From: Gemmatimonadota bacterium
GTDB taxonomy: Bacteria; Gemmatimonadota; Gemmatimonadetes; Gemmatimonadales; GWC2-71-9
DNA: 64,000 nt
Direction: 5' to 3'
Assembly: GCA_003221895.1 (NCBI GenBank)
Contig: QHUJ01000117.1
Location: forward strand, 9,379-73,378
The translations under genes were made by a program, and so were the position numbers. Positions 48,074-56,126 of this stretch are shown here, one piece after another; position 1 is the first letter of the stretch; the number at the start of each line of letters is the position of its first letter. Below the pieces are notes generated by a model. The model ran no database searches. It had not been told where the DNA came from and worked only from the letters and a program-made list of their open reading frames with translations.

Positions 48074-48979
48074 ATGCAACGCATTGGCCTACTCGTGTTC
48101 GGACTCCTGGGGTGTGGGTTCAGGCCAGGCGGGGCACAGGAGGCGGCGGGCACAACGCTGTGGCGCGTCGCGGCGACGACGGTGCCCACCCCTGCCGCAC
48201 TCGCCGTCGGTCCCGCCGCAGCCTTCTGGAATCCCGCACAACGAGTCGACAGCGCGCGAGTCATCCTCGCGGTCGAGGCGATTCAAACGCCGTCCGCTGT
48301 CGACGCCAGCGGCATCATCGCCACGGTGCGCGTGCCCGCCGGGAAAATCGGTGAGCTCGGCATCATCTACGGCCGCGTCGGTCTCAGCGATATCACGCAG
48401 ACCATGGACAGTCCTGATCCGACCGGCGCCGTCGTGCCGGTGTACACCTTCGGATTGGGCGGCACGTGGTCGCGGCGCATCGGGGCGACCAACGTGGGAG
48501 CGACGCTGGCCTTTCATCAGACGCGGCTCGATACCGAGATCAGCGATCGGATGACGCTCGATGTGGGCGCGAGCCACGCCTTCTCCGGCGACAAATTTCG
48601 CATCGCCGCCGCGACCCACTTCTTCTCCTCGCTCGACACGAATGATCCATCACAGGACATCTACGCGGGCGTCGAGGCGCGGGTGTGGCACGGCATGATC
48701 TCGGGCGAGCGGGCGGCGCTGCGGGGCCGGTATGGGATCGCCTTTGCGCATGGATTCACGGCGGACCAGCAGGTCGGGCTCGGTGTCGAGTTGGCGCAAT
48801 CGTTCATGTTTGATTTCCTGCTGGCCTACGAAGGTGGCTACGGCAACGGGTCGACCTGGCGGCCGGTGGCCGGGATTCGGCTCGCGATCGGGAAATATCA
48901 TCTGACACTCGCGCGCGATGCTGGCGTCAACGACGTCGGCTCAGCCTATCGCGTCGGAATCGACGCGCGCTTCAAGTGA
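48074..48979 (+). CDS. Putative outer-membrane beta-barrel protein (function unknown)
   Basis: Signal peptide MQRIGLLVFGLLGCGF...AQE. An early FWNPAQ motif and alternating hydrophobic beta-strand patterns. Ends ...RVGIDARFK. Confidence 0.45.
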   Translation: MQRIGLLVFGLLGCGFRPGGAQEAAGTTLWRVAATTVPTPAALAVGPAAAFWNPAQRVDSARVILAVEAIQTPSAVDASGIIATVRVPAGKIGELGIIYGRVGLSDITQTMDSPDPTGAVVPVYTFGLGGTWSRRIGATNVGATLAFHQTRLDTEISDRMTLDVGASHAFSGDKFRIAAATHFFSSLDTNDPSQDIYAGVEARVWHGMISGERAALRGRYGIAFAHGFTADQQVGLGVELAQSFMFDFLLAYEGGYGNGSTWRPVAGIRLAIGKYHLTLARDAGVNDVGSAYRVGIDARFK

Positions 48980-50052
48980 GCGTTGATCTCCTCAGCCTGA
49001 CACCGGATGCAGCTCGTCAGACGCTCGCAGCGTGGCTGGCGGCGCGTGGTGAGCCCGCCTATCGCCTGCGACAACTCGCGCCGCGACTGTGGCAACGGCC
49101 GGTGGCGCGCTGGAGCGACGCGACCGATCTGCCCGCCGCGCTGAGACCCACTCTCGACGAGGCCTTTTCGCTGCGACGTCTCGAGCTGCGCACGCATCAG
49201 GTCTCGAGCGACGGCACCGAGAAGTTCCTCTGGGCGCTCGCTGATGGAGAGGCGATCGAGTCGGTCCTGATCCCCGAAGGAAAGCGCAGGACGCTCTGCA
49301 TCTCTTCCCAAGCGGGGTGCGCCCTGGGCTGCGTCTTCTGCGCGACCGGCCGCATGGGATTCCGGCGCAACCTGACCGCGGGGGAGATCGCGAGCCAGGT
49401 GCGCGAGCTGGTGATTCGTGATCCCAATCTCAGGCCGACCAACGTCGTGTTCATGGGAATGGGCGAGCCGCTCCTCAACTGGGACGCAGTGGACACGACG
49501 TTGACCACGTTGAATCAGCCGGAAGGATTCGGCATCGGCGCTCGGCATATCACGCTCTCGACGGTCGGAATCCTGCCGAACCTGGCCAAGTTCGCGCAGC
49601 GGGACGAGCAGTTCCGGCTGGCGGTGTCACTGCACGCGCCCACCCCCGCTCTGCGGCTCGAGCTGATGCCGATCGAGAGGAAATACAAGCTGCCCGATCT
49701 CATGAAAGCGTTGCGGCAATTTCGCCGCCGCGTGACGCTGGAGTATGTCCTGATCGGCGGGAAGAACGATTCGCTCGAGGCGGCCGATCAGCTCGCGAAG
49801 CTCGCGCAGCCGCTCGATGCGCTCGTCAATTTGTTGCCGCTGCATCCGGGTGGCGCACCCGACCTGACGCCGAGCGCGCGCGCGTCGATGCTGGCGTTCG
49901 AGCGGCGGTTGAAGCAGCGTGGGGTTGAGGCGGTGCTGCGGCGGAGCCGCGGCCTCGATATCAGCGCCGCGTGCGGTCAGCTACGGGTGGAAGTCGAGGG
50001 GACCGCCCGACCCCATAAAGTCCGCGCCGAGGAGCACGCTCACATCGAGTAG
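48976..50052 (+). CDS. rlmN: 23S rRNA/tRNA (adenine-C2)-methyltransferase RlmN (radical SAM)
   Basis: CISSQAGCALGCVFCATG (CxxxCxxC), MGMGEPL and a C-terminal Cys (SAACGQL). GTGA overlap with the upstream gene. Confidence 0.92.
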   Translation: MSVDLLSLTPDAARQTLAAWLAARGEPAYRLRQLAPRLWQRPVARWSDATDLPAALRPTLDEAFSLRRLELRTHQVSSDGTEKFLWALADGEAIESVLIPEGKRRTLCISSQAGCALGCVFCATGRMGFRRNLTAGEIASQVRELVIRDPNLRPTNVVFMGMGEPLLNWDAVDTTLTTLNQPEGFGIGARHITLSTVGILPNLAKFAQRDEQFRLAVSLHAPTPALRLELMPIERKYKLPDLMKALRQFRRRVTLEYVLIGGKNDSLEAADQLAKLAQPLDALVNLLPLHPGGAPDLTPSARASMLAFERRLKQRGVEAVLRRSRGLDISAACGQLRVEVEGTARPHKVRAEEHAHIE

Positions 50053-50373
50053 GCGAGAGCTGTCGAGCTGCACCTCGACGCGCCCGGTACCCAGCGCCGA
50101 CCGCACCCGCTCGCCCACTTTGCCTTGCCCGCGCCGGACGATGATCCGGGTCGAGTCGAGACCAGCCTGCGGTGCATTTCCGAAATACACCACGTCGATG
50201 CCCGCCCGGCGCAGGAGGCGCGTGCCGATGCGGGCGTCACCGGCGCGGCCGTTGGCATTGAGCACCTCGACGGTGATCGCGGGGCCTTTGTCCCCGGGAA
50301 TCGGATGGGTTTGATTCGATCCTCCCCCGCACCCCGAGAACAGCACGACCGCGAGCAGCGCCGCGACTCTCAC
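49981..50373 (-). CDS. LytR_C-domain lipoprotein
   Basis: VRVAALLAVVLFSGC lipobox, and ITVEVLNANGRAGDARIGTRLLRRAGIDVVYFGNA typical of the LytR C-terminal domain. GTG 50373 overlaps the upstream stop (GTGA). Confidence 0.55.
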   Translation of the reverse strand: MRVAALLAVVLFSGCGGGSNQTHPIPGDKGPAITVEVLNANGRAGDARIGTRLLRRAGIDVVYFGNAPQAGLDSTRIIVRRGQGKVGERVRSALGTGRVEVQLDSSRLLDVSVLLGADFMGSGGPLDFHP

Positions 50374-50876
50374 GATTGTGTGACCAGGCTGTTCCAGAAA
50401 GCCACCGTCTCGACCGGCAGCGGCCATTCCGAGCGGAGCACCCATTCGAGCCGGCGGCGCGCGATCTCACGCAGCACGCGATCACGATCCTGTGGCACGC
50501 GACCCGCCAGCTCGGCACGATCGGATCGAGCGCCCGAAGCCTCCCGGCCCGGTTCCAAAAAGTCCGCTAGATACAGCATCCGCCCGACGTCATCCCAGCC
50601 CGCATAGCCGAGCGTATGATGCCGGACGGCGTCGAGGACGCCTCGATCCCGCTCACCCTCGGCTGCCGCGCGGTCTGCAGCGGCGGGACCGTGGGCCAGC
50701 CGATTGCTCAGCGGCGCATCCCGCAGCGCATCGTGCAGCCAGCCGGCGCGTAGCCAGCGCTCGCGTTCACGAGCGAGTACGTCCATCGCTGTTGCCCACT
50801 CATCGAGGAGCACGACGACGCGTTCGATGTGCGCCCGGCGCTCCGGCGAAACCTGAGCCCATGCCGGCAGGCTCAC
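50370..50876 (-). CDS. HD-domain phosphohydrolase, YqeK-like
   Basis: RRAHIERVV...AGWLHDALRD (HD) and VRHHTLGYAGWDDVGRMLYLADFLEPGR. Confidence 0.6.
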   Translation of the reverse strand: MSLPAWAQVSPERRAHIERVVVLLDEWATAMDVLARERERWLRAGWLHDALRDAPLSNRLAHGPAAADRAAAEGERDRGVLDAVRHHTLGYAGWDDVGRMLYLADFLEPGREASGARSDRAELAGRVPQDRDRVLREIARRRLEWVLRSEWPLPVETVAFWNSLVTQS

Positions 50877-51748
50877 CGTGTGACTCGGGGATCCACGCCG
50901 ATTCCCTCACCAAGCACGACGTTGTCGATGAGGCGGGTCTTTCCCAGTCGCGCCGCCACGACGACCACGGTGCGCGCCGTCACCCGCGTCACCGGCTGCA
51001 GATCGTCATCGATCAGCGCGCAGTACTCCGGGAGGACGCCCCCCCCCGAGGAGCGCATGGCCTCCATGCCCGCGAGCTTGAGCTTCGCCGGGTCGGCCTC
51101 GCCGCCGCGCCACGTTTGCTCCAGCAACCGTAGCGCGCGGGACAACGCCACAGCCGAGCGGCGCTCGTCCGGCGTGAGATAAGTGTTGCGCGACGAGAGC
51201 GCGAGACCGTCGAGCTCGCGCACGGTGGGCGCGACGTCGATTGCGATCGGAAAGTCGAGATCCTGCACCAGTCGCTTCACGAGCGCCGCCTGCTGGAAGT
51301 CTTTGCGACCGAACACGGCGACGTCCGGCTCGACGAGATGGAACAACTTGGCCACGACCGTGAGGACGCCGGTAAAATGCCCTGGGCGCGCGGCGCCCTC
51401 GAGCGTGTCCGCCACCGGCCCGGCGACGACGCGAGCCAGCGGCGCGGCCGGATACATCGCCTTGGCGTCCGGAACGAACAAGCAATCGACGCCGCGCGCT
51501 TCGGCCAGCTCGCGGTCGCGGCTCAGGTCGCGCGGATAGCGCGCCAGATCCTCGTGCGGCCCGAACTGCAAGGGGTTCACGAAGACGCTCATCACGACGC
51601 GGTCGGACAGCTCGCGGGCGCGGTCCACGAGACGCAGATGACCCTCGTGGAGGTACCCCATGGTGGGAACGAAGCCGATGGTGCGGCGGTGGGATCGCTC
51701 AGCCCGAGACCAGGACCGCATCTCGGAAAGGCTGGAGAGCTCGCGCAA
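50873..51748 (-). CDS. panC: Pantoate--beta-alanine ligase
   Basis: IGFVPTMGYLHEGHLRLV, VFVNPLQF, FGRKDFQQ. Confidence 0.92.
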   Translation of the reverse strand: MRELSSLSEMRSWSRAERSHRRTIGFVPTMGYLHEGHLRLVDRARELSDRVVMSVFVNPLQFGPHEDLARYPRDLSRDRELAEARGVDCLFVPDAKAMYPAAPLARVVAGPVADTLEGAARPGHFTGVLTVVAKLFHLVEPDVAVFGRKDFQQAALVKRLVQDLDFPIAIDVAPTVRELDGLALSSRNTYLTPDERRSAVALSRALRLLEQTWRGGEADPAKLKLAGMEAMRSSGGGVLPEYCALIDDDLQPVTRVTARTVVVVAARLGKTRLIDNVVLGEGIGVDPRVTR

Positions 51749-51925
51749 CTAGAACTCGCGCTTCTTCATCTCCGAAAAGAAGTCGCGACGCTCGATATCG
51801 TCGTCGGTGCTGTCGGGCGGCAGCGTGGGATCGTACCGTTTGCGCGCCTTGGGCTTGGCTTTTGCCGCCTTCGCCATGTTCTTCTTGATCAGTTTCGCCA
51901 GCTTCTCGTCTTCGGTTTTCGACAT
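51749..51925 (-). CDS. Small Lys-rich/acidic protein of unknown function (58 aa)
   Basis: MSKTEDEKLAKLIKKNMAKAAKAKPKARKRYDPTLPPDSTDDDIERRDFFSEMKKREF. A strong GGAGGGAG Shine-Dalgarno precedes ATG 51925. The stop abuts the panC start. Confidence 0.45.
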   Translation of the reverse strand: MSKTEDEKLAKLIKKNMAKAAKAKPKARKRYDPTLPPDSTDDDIERRDFFSEMKKREF

Positions 51926-51939
51926 GCTCCCTCCGGGAG

Positions 51940-52020
51940 AATGATCAATTATCAATGATCAATGGCCAATGATCAATGACCACGATCATTGGACGTTGAT
52001 CATTGGTCGTTGATCATTTG
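51940..52020. repeat. AT-rich array of six TGATCA-centred repeats (three direct plus three inverted copies)
   Basis: GATC at 51943, 51957, 51971, 51984, 51998 and 52012 (13-14 bp spacing). Left arm has 3x (C)AATGATCAAT(G); right arm has 3x the reverse complement, TTGATCATTGG. About 37% GC. Lies between the panB stop and the small ORF. Confidence 0.9.
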
Positions 52021-52817
52021 CCGAAGGAGTGCTCGGGCCCCGGGTAGCGGCCCTCGCGGACTTCCGCGGCGAACAAACGAGCGGCCTCCCGCACATCCTC
52101 CGCCAGCGCCGCGTACTTCTTCACGAATTTGGCGGAGAACTGATCGTTCAACCCCAGCATGTCGTGCAGGACGAGCACCTGCCCGTCGCAGGCCGGGCCG
52201 GCACCGATACCGATCGTCGGAATGGTCAGCGTTTTGGTGATTTGTGACGCCAGCGCCGCGGGAACGAGCTCGAGCACGACGGCAAACGCGCCGGCATCCT
52301 CCAGCGCTCGCGCGTCGGCCTTCAGCCGCTCGGCGGTCGCGTCGTCCCGTCCCTGCACCCGATAGCCACCGAGCGCGTGCACCGATTGGGGCGTCAAGCC
52401 GATGTGTCCCATGACGGGGATTCCGACATCGACCAGACGCCGCACGGTCGGCGCAAGCGGCTGACCGCCCTCGACCTTCACCGCCTGACACCCGGTTTCC
52501 TTCATCACGCGGCCGCAATTGCGGAGCGCATCTTCGGGAGTGATCTGGTAGGTCAGGAACGGCATGTCGCAGATCACCATCGCCCGCTCGGCACCGCGCC
52601 GTACGATGGTGGTGTGATAGATCATCTGCTCGAGCGTCGCCGACAGTGTGGACGCGGCGCCGGCCAGCACCTGATTGAGCGAGTCGCCGACGAGCAGGAT
52701 GTCGATGCCGCTCGCGTCGAGCAACCGCGCGAACAGCGCGTCATAGCACGTCAGCGCGACGATGCGCTCACCCTTCTCCTTCATCTCGAGCAGGGTGCGC
52801 GTGGTGATGCTAGGCAT
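52014..52817 (-). CDS. panB: 3-methyl-2-oxobutanoate hydroxymethyltransferase
   Basis: IVALTCYDALFARLLDASGIDILLVGDSL, VKVEGG, MGHIGLTPQS. Confidence 0.92.
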   Translation of the reverse strand: MPSITTRTLLEMKEKGERIVALTCYDALFARLLDASGIDILLVGDSLNQVLAGAASTLSATLEQMIYHTTIVRRGAERAMVICDMPFLTYQITPEDALRNCGRVMKETGCQAVKVEGGQPLAPTVRRLVDVGIPVMGHIGLTPQSVHALGGYRVQGRDDATAERLKADARALEDAGAFAVVLELVPAALASQITKTLTIPTIGIGAGPACDGQVLVLHDMLGLNDQFSAKFVKKYAALAEDVREAARLFAAEVREGRYPGPEHSFGK

Positions 52818-53238
52818 GGTGCATCGCCTCGAGCTCGGCGATTTCGCGGCGCCAGAAGTCGCGGTTCGGCAGCTCGGGATGCGGAATCGTCAGATTCGCC
52901 TCCTGCACGGTGCGCTCGCCGTACCGCACGATATCGAGGTCGAGGGTGCGCGGCCCCCAGCGCTCGCGCCGCTCACGCCCTCGCTCCGCCTCGATCGTGC
53001 GACACTGCCGCAGCAGCTCGTCCGGTCCGAGAGTCGTTTCGATCAGCACCATTTGATTCAAGTAGGGATCCTGCGGTACAGGTCCGATGGGCGCGGTCTC
53101 TTCCACCTTCGATACCGCGACGACGCGCGTACCCGGCAGCTCGCTGAGACGCCGGCGCGCGTGCGCGAGCTGCGCCGCCCGGTCACCGATGTTGGACCCC
53201 AGGGCGACGTATACGCGTTCGCGAGCGGCGGTGATCAC
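52810..53238 (-). CDS. folK: 2-amino-4-hydroxy-6-hydroxymethyldihydropteridine diphosphokinase
   Basis: VYVALGSNIGD, RERWGPRTLDLDIV and PHPELPNRDF. Confidence 0.85.
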   Translation of the reverse strand: MITAARERVYVALGSNIGDRAAQLAHARRRLSELPGTRVVAVSKVEETAPIGPVPQDPYLNQMVLIETTLGPDELLRQCRTIEAERGRERRERWGPRTLDLDIVRYGERTVQEANLTIPHPELPNRDFWRREIAELEAMHHA

Positions 53239-53244
53239 GGCGGG

Positions 53245-55341
53245 CTACGCTACGTTCGCAAAGCCACGAGTCAAGTCACGGAGCATAGTAGCGACCTGTT
53301 CGAGGTCGCGGGTAGCCCGTTCGAGGTCGGTCAGTCCTTGCGCGGCCTGCACCGCGCGCGTCGCGACGTCGTCCGCTTCGGCGCGGTTCTGGCCGGCGAT
53401 ACTCGCCACGGCGTTGATGCGCTCGCGCAGCCGGTCGAACGCCACATTCTGCTCGCCGGCGGCGGTGGTGATGCGACCGGCGTGCGCCGTCGCCTCTGCG
53501 GTGGCGGCTACGATCGCGTCGAGCGCCTCGAGCGCGGCGGCCGACAGCTCCTCGACGTCGCCCACGTTGACCTGCCCGCGCCGCATCTGTTCCACGACTT
53601 CGCCGACTTGCGTGTGAATGTCCTGGACGAGCTCGCCCGCTTCCGCCGCCGCGGCGGCGCTCTGCTCGGCAAGCCGGCGGACTTCATCGGCGACGACGCC
53701 GAATCCTTTGCCATGCTTCCCCGCGCGCGCCGCTTCGATCGCGGCGTTGAGCGCCAGGAGATTGGTCATGTCCGCCAGCTCGCGAATCGACGCGATGAAG
53801 CCGGTGATGCGCCGGCTCATCTGCCCGAGCTGCTGCACCTTGCTCGAGCTCTCACCGACGAAGGCCTTGAGCGCGACGAGCCGCTCGATCGCCTCGCGGA
53901 TCTGTTTGCGGTTCCGGCTCGCCACGTCGCTCGCGGCAGTGGAGGCGCGAGCCGCCCCCACGCCGTCATCGGAGACGCGGCGTGAGACCTGCGCCAGGCT
54001 CTCCGTCGCCTCCAGCCCGCCGGACACTTCGGTTTCCTCCCGACGCACCCCTTCGCGAATCACGCCCGTAGACGCGGCGACCGCGGCGGCCGCTTCCTTG
54101 AGCGCCTCGGCGGTCTGGGCGATGCTCGCGAGCTGGCGCGTCATGCGCTCCACCGTCTCCACCAGCGGACGGCGCAGGTCGGTGATGTGGACGGCGGTCG
54201 CGAGCTGGTTGGCGAACGTGGTGATGGTGAGAATGTCCTGGCGGCGGTAGCTGTTCTTTTTGTGGTGCTCCAGCTCCAGCGTGCCGATGACGTGATCGCC
54301 GAACTTGAGCGGTACGATCACCAGGCTCTGCACTTCGATGGGCGCGTCGGCGACGCGCTTGTCGCGCGTCACATCGTCGATCACGATCGTCTCACCGCTC
54401 GTCGTCGCGGCGCGCCGCAGCGCCGTGATGTCCTCCGACGGCTCCCCCCGCCCTTCCCGGCCGCGCTCGGAGCGATGCACCAGCGACAGCACGCTATCCT
54501 GGAGTCGGTAGATCCGGAAATCGCCCCAATCCACCAGGCGGTGCGCCAGCCGCTCGATCCGCTGGAACGAGTCCGCCAGGCTGATGTTGGCGGTGATCAC
54601 CGCCTCCATCGCGTGGATCTTGTTCAGCTCCTCGGCCGAGATCGCTTCTTCGATCATCTGCTTGAGCAGCAGGCCGAGGAACGTGAGGACGAGGCCGACC
54701 AGAATCCACGCGCCGAAGGACCAGGCCACCACCGCGCCGACGAAGATCGTGGCGGCAAGCAGCGTCGCGGCGTACGCGATCACCTCGTAACGCACGATCA
54801 TGAGGCGCTCGGCCGGCTCCAGTTTGGCGCGGAGGATGAGGCTGAAGTAGAAGAGCACGCGCCCGAAGACGAAATACGCGAGCGCGTAGCCCGCGAGCGC
54901 GGGGAGCAGCTCGATGTGAACGACCGGGATCGGGGTGCCGTTGGCCACCATGCCCAGCCAATTCAGGATCGTCGCGTAGACGCCATACGCGGCGACGAGT
55001 GTGATGACCTCACGCCCCAGATTGATCCAGGCGACGCGGAGCGGCTTGCGTTGCCACAGCGAGTCGGTGACCGGTATCGCCGCCGCGATCGCCAGCGTCG
55101 TGGCAGGCACCCCGACCAGCAGGCTCCCCGCGATCCCCACCAGCGCGGTCTGGGTGAGGTAGGAATACTTGCTCAGCGGAACCGTCAGACCGCGCAGCGC
55201 GACGGCGGCGCCGAACAGGACGGCGATTTCGGGGATCTGACTGAGCCAGCGTGGGTCGAGGATGAGAATCGCCACCAGGATCGCGGTGCCGATCCACGCC
55301 AGCGCCTGGCTGTAGAGTGCGACGAAGCGCGAGATACTCAC
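53245..55341 (-). CDS. Polytopic membrane protein with GAF and methyl-accepting-chemotaxis (MCP) signalling domains
   Basis: About 10 N-terminal TM helices. GAF-like region ([25 protein letters not shown]). MCP hairpin core [36 protein letters not shown] 55341 overlaps the trpA stop (GTGA). The track's 248-aa extension is rejected. Confidence 0.75.
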   Translation of the reverse strand: MSISRFVALYSQALAWIGTAILVAILILDPRWLSQIPEIAVLFGAAVALRGLTVPLSKYSYLTQTALVGIAGSLLVGVPATTLAIAAAIPVTDSLWQRKPLRVAWINLGREVITLVAAYGVYATILNWLGMVANGTPIPVVHIELLPALAGYALAYFVFGRVLFYFSLILRAKLEPAERLMIVRYEVIAYAATLLAATIFVGAVVAWSFGAWILVGLVLTFLGLLLKQMIEEAISAEELNKIHAMEAVITANISLADSFQRIERLAHRLVDWGDFRIYRLQDSVLSLVHRSERGREGRGEPSEDITALRRAATTSGETIVIDDVTRDKRVADAPIEVQSLVIVPLKFGDHVIGTLELEHHKKNSYRRQDILTITTFANQLATAVHITDLRRPLVETVERMTRQLASIAQTAEALKEAAAAVAASTGVIREGVRREETEVSGGLEATESLAQVSRRVSDDGVGAARASTAASDVASRNRKQIREAIERLVALKAFVGESSSKVQQLGQMSRRITGFIASIRELADMTNLLALNAAIEAARAGKHGKGFGVVADEVRRLAEQSAAAAAEAGELVQDIHTQVGEVVEQMRRGQVNVGDVEELSAAALEALDAIVAATAEATAHAGRITTAAGEQNVAFDRLRERINAVASIAGQNRAEADDVATRAVQAAQGLTDLERATRDLEQVATMLRDLTRGFANVA

Positions 55342-56126
55342 GCGTGTACCGCGGCCGCCAGGTCGCGCGTCAGCCGTTCCGCGGCCGCGACGCCCCCTGT
55401 CGCGAGGGCATCCATCAGCGCGCTGCCGACGACGACGCCATCGGCGTGCCGGGCGGCCGCCGTCGCCTGCGCCGGCGTCCCGATACCGAATCCGACCGCG
55501 ACGGGCACGCGCGTGATCGCGCGGATGCGACCCACGTGATGCGCGAGATCGGGAGGCACGGTGTCGCGCGCGCCGGTGACGCCGAGTCGCGAGATCAGGT
55601 ACACGAAGCCGCTTGCGTGCTTCAGGGCGGCGGCGAGCCGCTCGTCGTCCGTGGTCGGCGCGACGAGCCGGATGAGGGACAGGGCGCTGCTCGTGACCGC
55701 CTGTTCCACGCCCGCATCGGCACCGGCGGGGAGATCGGTCAGCACCACTCCCGAGACACCGGCGCCCTGCGCGTCGCGAATGAAACGGTCGACACCGTGG
55801 GCCATCACCGGATTCAGATACGTCATGATGATGACCGGTACGTCGAGCGCCGCTTGCCGCACCAGGTCGAGGACACGGGGCAGCGTCATCCCCTTTTCCA
55901 GCGCGGCCTGGGTGGTGCGTTGGATCGTCGGCCCGTCGGCGAGCGGGTCGGAGAACGGGACACCGACCTCGACGAAGTCGGCGCCGGCCGCCGCGACGCG
56001 TCGCAGCACGTCGAGCGAGACGTCGGGAGTGGGGAATCCCGCGGTGATGTACGGGATGAGTGCGCGCTGTTTGCCCAAGGCTCGCCACTGCTGAGCGAGA
56101 GAAAGGGGCGCCGCGCGGTCAGACAA
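55338..56126 (-). CDS. trpA: Tryptophan synthase alpha chain
   Basis: [28 protein letters not shown] and GFGIGTP. TTG 56126 is the only start giving a normal N-terminus; it lies 5 nt inside the end of the upstream HD-GYP gene. Confidence 0.88.
   Translation of the reverse strand: MSDRAAPLSLAQQWRALGKQRALIPYITAGFPTPDVSLDVLRRVAAAGADFVEVGVPFSDPLADGPTIQRTTQAALEKGMTLPRVLDLVRQAALDVPVIIMTYLNPVMAHGVDRFIRDAQGAGVSGVVLTDLPAGADAGVEQAVTSSALSLIRLVAPTTDDERLAAALKHASGFVYLISRLGVTGARDTVPPDLAHHVGRIRAITRVPVAVGFGIGTPAQATAAARHADGVVVGSALMDALATGGVAAAERLTRDLAAAVHA

Noticed and set aside
51039-51047. G9 homopolymer inside panC as a phase-variation switch.
   Set aside because: It lies deep within an essential biosynthetic gene, where it simply encodes Gly-Gly-Gly. 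I use it only as a control showing that long G/C runs occur by composition in this genome.
51926-51955. The track's longer version of the small panB-panC ORF, starting at TTG 51955 (MIIDHSPGGS...).
   Set aside because: That start lies inside the TGATCA repeat array and has no Shine-Dalgarno. ATG 51925 is preceded by GGAGGGAG at ideal spacing.
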